DNA of 62,708 nucleotides, the filler included. It is 4 parts of 4 records of this genome, joined end to end, with 100 filler letters (N's around TTAATTAATTAA, not from the genome) between each part and the next. Parts side by side here need not be neighbours in the genome. Positions count along the whole stretch, not along the records: positions 49,618 to 62,708 come from SRR20825006_1076; 3 more parts are not named here. One strand, 5' to 3'. Of the stretch, positions 52,117 to 62,682 are shown one piece after another; the first letter of the stretch is position 1, and the number at the start of each line of letters is the position of its first letter. The position numbers were made by a program, and so were the translations under genes. The notes beneath the pieces were generated by a model. It was not told the origin of the DNA, made no database searches, and worked only from the letters and a program-made list of their open reading frames with translations.

Positions 52117-54396
52117 TCAGTGCGAGAAGAGCTTGAGCACCGAGAGGATGTTCGAGTAATCATCCGTCCAGGTCTTCATCTTGTTCTCAGGGTCCGGGGT
52201 AACCCAGGACCATTGATTCGAGAGCGCGAGCCGTTTTAACGGCTCGCGCTTTTTCGCGAGCACCACCCAGACAGAGGGGCTGTGGCCCTGGGCGATTTGA
52301 TCTGGCGTGAGCTGCTGATCATTGCGAATCATCATCACCAGCCCGAGCTCTCCGGCAAAGCGCGCGATCACTGGTCTCAAATCGAAGACGCGGTTGGAGA
52401 TGTGCATGGCGAGGACGCCATTTGGCGTCAAACGATGGATATAGATCTGCATCGCCTCGCGCGTGATCAGGTGCATCGGGATCGCGTCCGAGCTGAACGC
52501 GTCGACGACCAACACATCGAAGTGTGTACCGGCTCGACCCGCCAGCTCCATGCGAGCATCCCCCAACACATGATCGATCTTCGCCGCCTTGGAGTTGGCG
52601 AGGAAGGTAAAGTGTTGTTCATCCTGCGCCATGGCGATCACGGCGGGGTTGATCTCGAAGAAGGTCCAGTACTGTCGGCCCGAGGCGTAGCAAGCGAGTG
52701 ATCCTGCGCCGAGCCCCACGATGCCGATGTTGCCCGCGCCTGCCTTGACCCGAAACAGATCCCCCATCGGGCCGCGCCGGTGATAGTAATCGAGCGGTTC
52801 ACACTCATCCCTTCGCGAGATGCGTTGCCGCCCATGAACCGTGGAGCCATGGAACATCATCCTGAACTCCTCTTTGGGGCTGTCCTTGACGCTGACGACG
52901 CCAAAGAAGTTGCGCTCGATCTCGAGGACCCTCCCGCGCGATCCAGTGAAGGTGAGCGTCCCCACCAAACTTATCGCGATGAGTGATGCGCCAAAGCGGC
53001 GAGGCCGCTCCGAGGATTTGAAGCAGACCAGCGCGGGCAACCCGAACGAGAGGATCAGCGCGAAGGGATTCGTCTCCAACCCGAGCGCCGTGATGCCCAG
53101 CACGTTGAGCGCGGTCGCGCCCGCCGTCAGCACTGGCATCAGGTAATCCTTCTGGCGTCTTCGCTTCTCGTCCTCGTCCCAGGATTCGCGCTCGCGCGCG
53201 CTCGGCAACCTGATCATGCAGGCGATGGCCAGCATGATCGGATACTCCCAGATGCGCTCGAAGAACAACGGCGCGACAAAGGTGTTGAGCGCGCCGCCCA
53301 GCACGCCACCAAGCGACATCCAGAAGAAGAACTCGGTCAGGTGTTTTGGCGACGGCGCATCCTTTGCGAGCCTCGCGTGCGCGGCCCACGCAGCCAAGAA
53401 GAACACGAGCAAGTGCGAGGGGACGAGTAACCAGGCGGGGTGGATCGTCTCGACGACGATGGTGATGGTCAAGAGCGTGGCCAGGATAAACATCACGCGC
53501 CCTGCGCGGTGTCCAGGCACGATCGGCTTTTTGGCAAAGACCAGCACGAAGGTCAGCAGGTACAGCGTCAGCGGGATGACCCACAGCAGCGGAAACGAGG
53601 CGATGTCTGTGGACAGAAACCCGGTCACGCCGAGCAAGAGGCTCGAGGGAACAAACGCGAGCCCCACCCAGGTGAGCCTGCGCCTCCAGGTCAACGGCTC
53701 CTCTCCATCATGACTCTCACTGCCCGCGTCTTCTGGCAGGTCTTCTTCGCTCTCAGGTCTCTTGTTATCGCTCGCGATGTTTCGTCCGCGCCACAGAACC
53801 ATCCCTCCAGCGAGCGCGATCAGGCCAAGCAGGACGGTGTACCCCGCGCGCCAGAGGTTCGTCTGGGGGACAAGACTCAGGCTGGGCTCCACGAGGAGCG
53901 GGTACCCGAGCAACGCGACGACCGAGCCGACGTTGCTCGCGGCGTACAGAAAATATGGCGAGTGTGCCGAGGGGTGAGCGCTATAAGAGAACCAGCGTTG
54001 TAGCAGCGGGCTCGTCGTCGACACCGCGAAGAAAGGCAAGGCGACCATGCTCCCGAGCGTGAAGAGGAGCCAGCGCATGGGCGCTTCGACCGGATCGATC
54101 GCCAGGACCGGGAGCCGCATCGGCAGCACGATCCAGGCGACCGACAACACCAGGATATGCACGACCCATTGCCCTCGCCGGGGCACAAACCGCGTGAGCA
54201 GGTGGGCATAAGAATATCCCGCCAGGAGCAGCAGCTGGAAGAACACCATGCAGGTGTTCCACACCGCAGAAGCACCACCCAGCCAGGGCAACAGCATCTT
54301 CCCGACCATCGGTTGAACGAGGAAGAGCAAGACCGCGCTCGTGAAAATGGCCATCGTGTACACGATGGCCAGGGCGCGGTGCGATGTATCGCGCAT
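52117..54396 (-). CDS. Fused membrane domain / spermidine-synthase-like methyltransferase
   Basis: LLPWLGGASAVW, many TM helices, VGLGAGS, EINP, GDAR, VDAFSSDAIPMHL, WTDD. Confidence 0.9.
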   Translation of the reverse strand: MRDTSHRALAIVYTMAIFTSAVLLFLVQPMVGKMLLPWLGGASAVWNTCMVFFQLLLLAGYSYAHLLTRFVPRRGQWVVHILVLSVAWIVLPMRLPVLAIDPVEAPMRWLLFTLGSMVALPFFAVSTTSPLLQRWFSYSAHPSAHSPYFLYAASNVGSVVALLGYPLLVEPSLSLVPQTNLWRAGYTVLLGLIALAGGMVLWRGRNIASDNKRPESEEDLPEDAGSESHDGEEPLTWRRRLTWVGLAFVPSSLLLGVTGFLSTDIASFPLLWVIPLTLYLLTFVLVFAKKPIVPGHRAGRVMFILATLLTITIVVETIHPAWLLVPSHLLVFFLAAWAAHARLAKDAPSPKHLTEFFFWMSLGGVLGGALNTFVAPLFFERIWEYPIMLAIACMIRLPSARERESWDEDEKRRRQKDYLMPVLTAGATALNVLGITALGLETNPFALILSFGLPALVCFKSSERPRRFGASLIAISLVGTLTFTGSRGRVLEIERNFFGVVSVKDSPKEEFRMMFHGSTVHGRQRISRRDECEPLDYYHRRGPMGDLFRVKAGAGNIGIVGLGAGSLACYASGRQYWTFFEINPAVIAMAQDEQHFTFLANSKAAKIDHVLGDARMELAGRAGTHFDVLVVDAFSSDAIPMHLITREAMQIYIHRLTPNGVLAMHISNRVFDLRPVIARFAGELGLVMMIRNDQQLTPDQIAQGHSPSVWVVLAKKREPLKRLALSNQWSWVTPDPENKMKTWTDDYSNILSVLKLFSH

Positions 54397-54571
54397 GAGT
54401 TCCTCTGCGACATGGAGCGTGGCGAGGATGCCACCTTGAACAGATCCTTTTCCCCTTCTAACGTCTCTCGACCGCATTTTCCAGCGGTCTCATATCGAGA
54501 CGCGACCGGAGCCGTGGTTTCATGTTAGGTTTTGTGCTCGGCTCGATTCGCGCAGTTTGGAGGGATGCGAA

Positions 54572-56644
54572 ATGCGACGACGATCATTTCGGATGCGAAT
54601 ACCGGTACTCGTGATGGCCCTCGTGATCTCGGGGTGCACTTATAATTCGGATACGCTCGGACCGATCATTTGCGAGAATGAGGGAGAACGAGACGGGGAC
54701 CGCGAGTGTCGCGGTGGCGTTTGGGTAAGCCTCGCCGAGAATCCGCCCGAGGAGATGGGCCTGGATATGGACATGGCCCTCGGCGAGGAGATGAATCCTC
54801 CGCTCGATATGGAGGATATGATGCCTCCTGTCGATATGCCGCCCGTTGACATGTGCATCCCCGAAACTCAGCTCGAACTGTGCACTGACCGCTGCGAGTC
54901 GATCACGGTGACGAACCGCTGCGGCTCGTCACAGACGCTCGATTGTGGTGCCTGTGGTGGAGACAGCACATGTGACGCCGATGGATTCTGTCAGACCTGT
55001 GATCCCTTCGATATCGAGACATTTTGCACGGACAATGGCTTTGACTGCGGGTTGCACGATCCACCCGAAGGTTCCTGCCAGACGGAGCCATTTGTTTGCG
55101 GGACGTGCACGGGCACCGATGTTTGCAACGCCGACACCAACATATGCGAGGGCTGCACCCCGGAGCCTGACGCGCAGGTCTGCCTCGAGCTCGAGGCGTT
55201 TTGCAGGTCGGCGCCGATCAGACTGACGGACTCTTGCACCATGAGCGAGCGTTCGCTCGATTGCTCGGGGTGTCCCTACAGCTCGAACGCGGCAAAGGAT
55301 GTCGAGCCGGGGACTGGCCCTTACGCGAATCCAGATCCCACAGACATCGCCAAGCCAGCCAACGATCTGATTGGCCTCGTGTACTGGCTCAACCCTGACA
55401 TCGGCTTCGACGCTCAATCGGGCTGGGACAATCAATCCTTGAACGCGAATACTCCTGGCGCGGCCAGCCTCACTGGCGCCGTGGATGTTGTCCCGGATGA
55501 TGCGCGCGTTAACGACCACGCGATGGTGCGTATCGACGAGCAGGGGTTCATCGAGCTCGACATCGACAACGACGTCGATGAGTTCTCCCTGTTGATGGTC
55601 TTTCGCACGGACTTTGTCTCGGGGACCGCGACCACCGCGCCCTGGAACATGCAGCCGACGCTGTTTGGCTATGACTCGATGATGGCTGGCGATCCCGTGT
55701 TCGGCGTGGCGATGCTACAGTCTGGCGAGCTCGTCTATGGCCCCGCGGCGATGAACGAAGATGTGGCGTTCACGAGCATGACGCCTTATCTCGGGGATGA
55801 GCTGCATGTCCTGCATGTCGAGCGCAAGCCGGGCGCTTCAGCCACAGAGGGAGCCGTCAGGATTTTTGTGGACGGCGAGTTGATCGCGGATGATGTCGCC
55901 GCACGCGGTGGCACGATCGCCATGCCCGGGAACTTCAGGGTGGGCGCTCAGACCGATCCTGCCAACGCGATGGTGAGCGCGGGTTGGGCTGGAGATGTCG
56001 GGGATATCATTTACTACGAGAACAGCTCGGACGCCGATCGCGAGATGGCGTTGATGACCTCGATGGCGCTCAAGTACGGCATCACCTTCGATGTCCCGCT
56101 CGAGTACAAGCTCTCGGGGACGCTCACGGTCTTCGACACGACCCCCGAGGATGGCTTCGACCATCACATCGCCGCGCTCATGCGTCAGGATCAGGTCGGT
56201 ATTCACCAGGGCCGCGCGCGCTCGAGCGAGCCCGGCGCGATCCTCACCATCACCAGCGGGGAGTTCCTCGACGAGTTCACGGATCTCGTGCGTAATGCCT
56301 GCGCCATCGCCATCGCCTCCGATGATGGAAACCCGCAAACGACGCTCCCCGCCATCTCGATCGATGACGACTACGAGGTGATCCCCATCGGCAGGAAATG
56401 GCGCATGGACGGAGTCAGCATCACGCGCCAGACCTTTAACCTGAGCTTTGACGCGTCGCTGTTGCCTGATGTGGACACATTGATCGTCTCGGATACGCCT
56501 GATTTCACGGGCTCTCTCGAGTTCTACCAGGTCAAGCTCGTGGACAATAATGGGGAGCTGACGCGCGCTGTGGCCTTGCAGCTCGATGATGGAGCGATGC
56601 CCACGCGGCGCTACTTCACCTTCGGGCAACTCGAGCTCAAATAA
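54572..56644 (+). CDS. Cys-rich lipoprotein with C-terminal LamG/concanavalin-like region (paralog 1)
   Basis: Lipobox ISGC, Asp/Met/Pro linker, Cys modules, YWL...W, MALKYGIT; GGAGG RBS. Confidence 0.8.
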   Translation: MRRRSFRMRIPVLVMALVISGCTYNSDTLGPIICENEGERDGDRECRGGVWVSLAENPPEEMGLDMDMALGEEMNPPLDMEDMMPPVDMPPVDMCIPETQLELCTDRCESITVTNRCGSSQTLDCGACGGDSTCDADGFCQTCDPFDIETFCTDNGFDCGLHDPPEGSCQTEPFVCGTCTGTDVCNADTNICEGCTPEPDAQVCLELEAFCRSAPIRLTDSCTMSERSLDCSGCPYSSNAAKDVEPGTGPYANPDPTDIAKPANDLIGLVYWLNPDIGFDAQSGWDNQSLNANTPGAASLTGAVDVVPDDARVNDHAMVRIDEQGFIELDIDNDVDEFSLLMVFRTDFVSGTATTAPWNMQPTLFGYDSMMAGDPVFGVAMLQSGELVYGPAAMNEDVAFTSMTPYLGDELHVLHVERKPGASATEGAVRIFVDGELIADDVAARGGTIAMPGNFRVGAQTDPANAMVSAGWAGDVGDIIYYENSSDADREMALMTSMALKYGITFDVPLEYKLSGTLTVFDTTPEDGFDHHIAALMRQDQVGIHQGRARSSEPGAILTITSGEFLDEFTDLVRNACAIAIASDDGNPQTTLPAISIDDDYEVIPIGRKWRMDGVSITRQTFNLSFDASLLPDVDTLIVSDTPDFTGSLEFYQVKLVDNNGELTRAVALQLDDGAMPTRRYFTFGQLELK

Positions 56645-56737
56645 GCGCGCTTCCTGTGGCGCGCCTCGCTGCGATTTGCGTCCAGAGCATATTGCGGTGA
56701 TAATTGGTTCTGATAGACCGTCTATTTTGGAGCCAAT

Positions 56738-58861
56738 ATGCGTTCGGATCTCACCTCCCTGTTTTTCCTGTGTGCCTCGATCACAGTGCTCGCGCCTGCG
56801 TGCACGTACACATCCTCTTCGCTCGGAGACTTCCAGTGTGAAGAGGAGGGCGCGCGTGATGGTGATCGCGAATGCCGAGGTGGCGTCTGGATCTCGACCA
56901 GCGCTTCGAACGTTCCCGACATGCCATCCTCACCGGATATGTCGGATGTCCCTGATATGCAGGAGATCGTGGATCTGCCCGAGGACATGTCTCCCCCCGA
57001 TCTCACAGAATGCATCCCCGAGGATGACAGCGAGCTTTGCCAGGAGAGAACCTGTGGCTCGCTGGAGGTCACAGACTCCTGCGGGATGCTGCGCACCATC
57101 GCGTGCGGTTCGTGCGCTCCAGGAGAGATGTGCGATACCTCCGTCGGGCAATGCGTGAGCGATTGCGTGCCCCTCGATGACACACAGTTGTGCGATGAAG
57201 CCAACGACATCGCTTGTGGCGAGGCGACGCTCGTGGATAACTGTGGCGATGATCGTCAGGTCGACTGCGGCGAGTGCCAGAGCGGGACATGCATGGACAA
57301 TATGTGCATGGGATGCGTTCCACAGGATGATACGGCCTTTTGCCAGGAGCAGTACGACAGCATGAACGCCTGCGGGATGGTCACGGCGCCCGATAACTGC
57401 AACGCCGAGCGCACGATCGATTGCGGCAACACCTGCCAGGAGGGTGAGGTTTGCGCGGGCTCCACATGTTGCGTTTCGCCAAGTGACGAGGAAGTCTGCG
57501 CGACGCTCCCTGTCGTGTGCGGAGAGCATGAGGATGTGGTCGATGCCTGTGGTGAGCTTCGAGATGTGCAGTGCGGCGAATGCGTGGTCTTCGAGCCAGA
57601 TATCGCCGTCCCGACCGCGTCAGGCTCGGTCGATAACTCGGCGCCAATCGATAAGGCACCCGGCAACACTCGCCAATCCGAGCTGGCCTTCTGGCTGCGT
57701 GCCTCCGAAGGCTTCAACTCCCCGATGACCTGGAATGACATCTCTGGCGCCATGCGCGATGCCTCCATCTCGAACCCTTCAGATGTCGGCTCGCTCCAAC
57801 GGGTCCCCGAGACAAACTACAACCCCATGATCGACTTCAAGGCCAACGGCTACGTGGAGTTCGATCGCCCTGTGACAGGCGATTTCACGTTGGCGTTTGT
57901 GTTTCGCACGAGCTCTTCACACAGCGGAAGCGAACCATGGTGGAGCGAGCCGCTGCTGTTCGGGTGCGAGGTTCCTGGGGGGTTATCCGACTTCGGTCTG
58001 ACGATGGAGGACGGAGACCTCCACTTTAGCCATAATGCTCTGGATGATGTCGCGGTGAGCACGAGCAACATCGACTACGGTGACAATCGTATGCACATTG
58101 TCATCGTCGAGCGTGACCGAGATGCCGCGCTGGATAACGTTCGGCTCAGCGTCGACGCTGGGCAAGTGCACACAGGAACGATGATCCTCGGTGATATGGA
58201 TGCTTGCAGCAGGCTCCGTATCGGCAGACAGAGCGATGACAATGGTAAGTGGACCGGAGAGGTCGGCGAGGTCGTGGCGTGGACCTCGGATCAGGTCGCC
58301 AAGCGGCGCGTCGAATCGAGCCTCGCGTTGATGTATGGCATCACGCTCGACGCCAACTACCAGGATCACACCGGCGCGAACATCTACGAGCGTCGCACCT
58401 ACCGACACAATATCTTCGGATTGGCCCGCAGCGATGTGTACTCGCTCAGGAAGAACCGCTCCACGTCCAGCGCGGATGGTGCCTTGCTCACGCTCCGCGC
58501 TGGCGAGGATGCCGTCGGAGGAAGCCTGCTCGCGCGCGACAACTCCTACCTCGTGATGGGACATGACAACGCGGACACATCGCGAGGACGCTCGATCACA
58601 TTGAGCAATGGCTTCACGGTGGATGCTTCACAGCGCACCTGGCAAATCCAGAGCACGAACTTCGCCGAGCGCTTCACGCTGACCTTCGACGCTTCGGATA
58701 TCACATCATCGCTCGACGCGGTCGTGCTCGCTGATGACGAGAACTTCACGCAAAACGTGCGCGCCTACGAGATCAAGAGCATCGGCGCGGACGAATCCGT
58801 GGTGCTCGAGCTCCCTTCGGGGAGCACGCGTTACCTGACGTTTGCTGAATCGAGCCCGTGA
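56738..58861 (+). CDS. Cys-rich lipoprotein with C-terminal LamG/concanavalin-like region (paralog 2)
   Basis: Lipobox-like APAC, same N-terminal motif and linker, about 5 Cys modules, FWLRA...W, LALMYGITL. Confidence 0.8.
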   Translation: MRSDLTSLFFLCASITVLAPACTYTSSSLGDFQCEEEGARDGDRECRGGVWISTSASNVPDMPSSPDMSDVPDMQEIVDLPEDMSPPDLTECIPEDDSELCQERTCGSLEVTDSCGMLRTIACGSCAPGEMCDTSVGQCVSDCVPLDDTQLCDEANDIACGEATLVDNCGDDRQVDCGECQSGTCMDNMCMGCVPQDDTAFCQEQYDSMNACGMVTAPDNCNAERTIDCGNTCQEGEVCAGSTCCVSPSDEEVCATLPVVCGEHEDVVDACGELRDVQCGECVVFEPDIAVPTASGSVDNSAPIDKAPGNTRQSELAFWLRASEGFNSPMTWNDISGAMRDASISNPSDVGSLQRVPETNYNPMIDFKANGYVEFDRPVTGDFTLAFVFRTSSSHSGSEPWWSEPLLFGCEVPGGLSDFGLTMEDGDLHFSHNALDDVAVSTSNIDYGDNRMHIVIVERDRDAALDNVRLSVDAGQVHTGTMILGDMDACSRLRIGRQSDDNGKWTGEVGEVVAWTSDQVAKRRVESSLALMYGITLDANYQDHTGANIYERRTYRHNIFGLARSDVYSLRKNRSTSSADGALLTLRAGEDAVGGSLLARDNSYLVMGHDNADTSRGRSITLSNGFTVDASQRTWQIQSTNFAERFTLTFDASDITSSLDAVVLADDENFTQNVRAYEIKSIGADESVVLELPSGSTRYLTFAESSP

Positions 58862-59058
58862 TCTTCGGCCTCGCTCTCTTCCTGATCTTCGAGGATCAGG
58901 TCCTTCAAGGAGAGCTCCGAGGACTCGAAGCCATCATGCGAGATGCGAGCGGAAGAGGCTCGCGCCAGAAGCTCGGTGAAGGGATCGTCGACGCGCTCGA
59001 AGAGGTATCTCGGGCGTGTGTTCGTGGACGGATCTGTCGTGTTGTTTTTCTGACTCAT
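58831..59058 (-). CDS. Small acidic hypothetical protein
   Basis: AAGGAG/GAGGT RBS before the ATG; 75 aa; short convergent overlap with the lipoprotein 3' end. Confidence 0.55.
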   Translation of the reverse strand: MSQKNNTTDPSTNTRPRYLFERVDDPFTELLARASSARISHDGFESSELSLKDLILEDQEESEAEDHGLDSANVR

Positions 59059-59285
59059 ACCTCATCAACTCCTTGTCTCGAGGTGGCAGGTCGGGTGGGC
59101 GAGAGGCGCGCATCCTTGCGCGGTGCTCTCCTTGGTAAAGATCCTAGACGGTTTCTCGCGTTCGTGCACCTGTCGGTTTTGCTCTTTTCATCTCTGACGC
59201 CACGATTCCATCATGCGCCATTGCGTCAGAGGGGTCGGAGTGCTTGAATAAAGCAAGCAGCGCTTTTGACCAGTGATATGACAGG

Positions 59286-60305
59286 ATGGACGGCGACTTT
59301 CCGATGAGCGATTTCTTCTCGAGACAGCGCGTGTTGTGGTTTTCATGCATCCTGCTCGCGACGATGTGCGCCTGGCCCGAGCCGGGATTCTCCGAGGAAC
59401 CCACACCGGACGCGAGGACGCGTTCAGAGGTCCTCGAGGTCGAGGGAATGCGCTCCTATATTCGGGGCAATCACGCGCAGGCCATCGCGTACTGGGAGGC
59501 CGCCATCGCGCACGAAGGGAGCGGCGCGCTCTACCAAAACCTCGCGCGCGCTTACTTCGCCGTCGGTGAGCTGGAAGCAGCCCGGCAGGCGCTGAACCTC
59601 GCGGCGACACAAAAGACTCGCCCCCTCGACCCGCGCGGTGTCGAGGAGAACGCGAGGCTCCTCGCGGATGTCGAGCGCACCATCGCCAAACAAAAAGAAC
59701 CCCTGCTCACCATCGACGAGGCGCCACCACAGCGCATGTTGACGCTCGACGAGATCGAGTCCCACGATGAACTGGGCACCGAGGCGTTGTTCGAGAACCA
59801 GGAGCGGAACGCTCGTAACGAGCTTCGACGCGCCCGGCTGGCGCGTATGCACGCCGAGGCTGCGCGCACGAACGCCGAGGCGGAGGTCATCTACGAGGAG
59901 GCCGCCTCGCTCCGCGCACGCCACGTCGAGCAACCCGCGCCTGAAGAAACCAGGGTCGAGCTCGAGGTACAACCCAGGGACGCTGGCGCGGGAAATCCGA
60001 ACCTGTTTTACGCGGGCGTGGGCAGCGCGACGTTGGGCGTCGTTGGGCTCGGGACAGCAGTTTATCTCGGTGGTCGCGCGCGGCAGACCACGAACCGCCC
60101 AGATTTTTATGATCGCGACGCGCTCCTGCAATCTGCCAAACGTGATCGCGACGTCGGTCTGGGTGCGTTGGTCGTGGGTACGGGGATGATTGCCCTGGGC
60201 GCGACCTTGATTTATTACGAGCGGACGCTTCGCGCTGGCTCATCTGGCGCCTCTACCTTATTACGACTCTCTCCCTCCGGGGTCGGATTCTCTCAAACGT
60301 TTTAG
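59286..60305 (+). CDS. TPR-containing envelope protein
   Basis: Signal peptide, TPR-like helices (LYQNLARAYF), coiled coil, two Gly-rich hydrophobic segments, terminal F; start may be 59304. Confidence 0.75.
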   Translation: MDGDFPMSDFFSRQRVLWFSCILLATMCAWPEPGFSEEPTPDARTRSEVLEVEGMRSYIRGNHAQAIAYWEAAIAHEGSGALYQNLARAYFAVGELEAARQALNLAATQKTRPLDPRGVEENARLLADVERTIAKQKEPLLTIDEAPPQRMLTLDEIESHDELGTEALFENQERNARNELRRARLARMHAEAARTNAEAEVIYEEAASLRARHVEQPAPEETRVELEVQPRDAGAGNPNLFYAGVGSATLGVVGLGTAVYLGGRARQTTNRPDFYDRDALLQSAKRDRDVGLGALVVGTGMIALGATLIYYERTLRAGSSGASTLLRLSPSGVGFSQTF

Positions 60306-60310
60306 ACAAG

Positions 60311-61780
60311 ATGATGCGTTTTAGACAAACGGTGCTCCTGTGTGGGCTCGCGCTCCTTGTCCTATCACCGCGTTCAGCGAGCGCAGGTCCGTTGGACCTC
60401 TATGGTGCGGGCGAGGAAGACACGGCTCAGGGCGGCGCTCAGACCGCTGGAGCGAGTGGTCCGTGGGCGCTCCACTACAATCCTGGCGCGTTGACCGAGT
60501 CCCACGTCGGGTTTCACGTCGGGATGATGGCCGCCATCAACAACCTCGATATCCTCCTCACGCCCAGACCGGGCGGCTACGAGGTCCCTGACCTTGGCGG
60601 TGATTCATCTGCTCGCCCGACCTCTGTGGGCGCGCCATCGCAGGATGTGCAGGGGTTGCCACCCACATATGCGGTCTCGTTTGGCGGCGTCACAGACTTT
60701 GGCCTCGAGCGGTTGCGGCTCGGCGCGATCGTCTGGTTGCCCACGCAGTCCGCGGTCACCATGGATACGCACTACTCCGACGAGCGCGAGCGTTACTCGA
60801 CCAACAAGCTCCACTTCGAGCTGTTGGACAAGCGCCTGCGCAGGTTGGACATCCAGCTCGGAGGCGCCTGGACCGCGACCGACTGGCTCTCGATCGGCGT
60901 CGGTGGGTTGATCGTCCCCGACGCGACGCTCACCAATGATGTCACCTTGCGCGATGCCGCCAACCAGGAGGACGCCGAGATCAACCTCCACGCCGATAGC
61001 GGCGCGGGGCTCGGTTGGACGCTCGGGGGGTTGTTCAAGCTCGGTGATCACTGGCGCATCGGCGCTTCATGGCGCTCCGATGTCGCGCTCGAGCTGACTG
61101 GTGAGAACCGCATCCAGGTGCTCGGCACCGAGGACGCGCAAGGGAACCCGCAAGTGCTGGTGCAGCAGCTCTCGTTCGTCCCATCGTATACGCCAGCGCG
61201 CGGAGCGCTCGGGGTGAATTGGCGCAACGCTGCGTTCGACGTGAACGTGGACGCGGTGTACATGCGTTGGAGTGATTATCGCGACACCCACGGCGCCCGC
61301 GCCGGGTTTCATGACACCTTCAACCTACGCGTTGGCGGCAAGTGGCGTGCCCATGATCGCCACACGCTCATGGCGGGGCTTGGCTTCGAGCCCACGCCCG
61401 TTCCAGATCAAGTCGGCCGCACGAACTACGTCGATAACTCGCGCGGCGTGGTCTCTCTCGGCGCCACGCACCGCGTCGCGATCGCAGACACGCCACTCAC
61501 GGTGGGCTGGTTTGCCAGAGCGCACATCCTCGCCGCGCGCACGACCCGAAAGCAGGTCCCCGATGATCCTGCGGCGTGCACGACCGACACCACCGCGCTC
61601 TGTGACGAGGTCCCTGACGACACCGCTGATGGTCGCACAGGGCAACCCTACCCCGAGGCGCAGGGGCTCCAAACCGGAAACCCAGGTTTCCCGGGGTACA
61701 CTTCAGGAGGTTGGATCGGCGTCGTGGGCTTCTCGGTCAGAAAGGAGCGGCGCGAGGAGCTAGAGGAGGTAAATCCATGA
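60311..61780 (+). CDS. OmpP1/FadL-family outer-membrane transporter
   Basis: Signal peptide, ALHYNPGAL hatch motif, amphipathic beta strands, FEPTPVPD, YVDNSR. Confidence 0.8.
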   Translation: MMRFRQTVLLCGLALLVLSPRSASAGPLDLYGAGEEDTAQGGAQTAGASGPWALHYNPGALTESHVGFHVGMMAAINNLDILLTPRPGGYEVPDLGGDSSARPTSVGAPSQDVQGLPPTYAVSFGGVTDFGLERLRLGAIVWLPTQSAVTMDTHYSDERERYSTNKLHFELLDKRLRRLDIQLGGAWTATDWLSIGVGGLIVPDATLTNDVTLRDAANQEDAEINLHADSGAGLGWTLGGLFKLGDHWRIGASWRSDVALELTGENRIQVLGTEDAQGNPQVLVQQLSFVPSYTPARGALGVNWRNAAFDVNVDAVYMRWSDYRDTHGARAGFHDTFNLRVGGKWRAHDRHTLMAGLGFEPTPVPDQVGRTNYVDNSRGVVSLGATHRVAIADTPLTVGWFARAHILAARTTRKQVPDDPAACTTDTTALCDEVPDDTADGRTGQPYPEAQGLQTGNPGFPGYTSGGWIGVVGFSVRKERREELEEVNP

Positions 61781-62682
61781 ATCGATTCATGATTTCTATG
61801 AAGGGGTTCATCTTTTTCGCCTCGCTCGCCGCGCTGACCACAGGTTGCGTGGAGCGCGCAGAGAACCACCTGCCCGAGCAGAAGATCGTCCTCGATATGG
61901 GCGATACATCTGGCGATGATATGGATGGAGAGGTCGCGCTCGGCGAAGGGGAGGGCGCGGGCACGATGGAGGGCACCTGGTTGCTCGTCCACGAGAACTC
62001 GTCCTGCATCCTCAAGCAGGAGCAGGTCTCGATCGCGGATTATCTGATCGACATCACCGAGGACGGAAACACCCTCAAGGAACAACGCCGTATCTGCAAC
62101 CTCGAGCTCTCGCCAGTGCTTGGCCTCGCGGTCACCATCCCTCCAGCGACCTACGAATCGGTCGCGTTCATCGACCGGGATCGAGGCTTTGTCACCTCGT
62201 TAAACGAGGGCGGAGGTTACACATCCTCGACCGAGGTCGCGCTCTGGGGGCTCGAGCTCGAGGACCCCTTCGAGGAAGACCTACCAAGAGATGTCGATGA
62301 TCCGCGCGTCGTGGATGCCGACGGTGATGGAAACCCCGGCGTGACCTTTATCGTCGGTGACAACACCTGCGAGCGGTGGGCGATCCAACGCCAACTGATT
62401 CATTACCAGGGGTTGTTCTCCTCGCCGAATCGCATCGACGGCGCCTCGATCACGATGACCGAGACGATCGCGCTCGATGGCTCCGCCGCGATCTGTCGCT
62501 CGGCGCCGCCGATCCTGGCCAATGACAGCCTGAACAACTTCATCATGGTCCGCGTCGACGGGCAGGGCGGGGCGTTCGATGCCGACGCTGATGGTGACGG
62601 CGAGGTCTCGTGTGAAGAGATCCAGGGTCTGTCCGTAGGTTTGAACCCTGGCAGAGAGCCAGACAACCAGAACTGTCGTTAG
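61777..62682 (+). CDS. Acidic lipoprotein with DxDxDG motifs
   Basis: ATGA overlap with the FadL-like gene, GGAGG RBS, lipobox TTGC, DADGDGNPG and DADGDGEVS. Confidence 0.8.
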   Translation: MNRFMISMKGFIFFASLAALTTGCVERAENHLPEQKIVLDMGDTSGDDMDGEVALGEGEGAGTMEGTWLLVHENSSCILKQEQVSIADYLIDITEDGNTLKEQRRICNLELSPVLGLAVTIPPATYESVAFIDRDRGFVTSLNEGGGYTSSTEVALWGLELEDPFEEDLPRDVDDPRVVDADGDGNPGVTFIVGDNTCERWAIQRQLIHYQGLFSSPNRIDGASITMTETIALDGSAAICRSAPPILANDSLNNFIMVRVDGQGGAFDADADGDGEVSCEEIQGLSVGLNPGREPDNQNCR

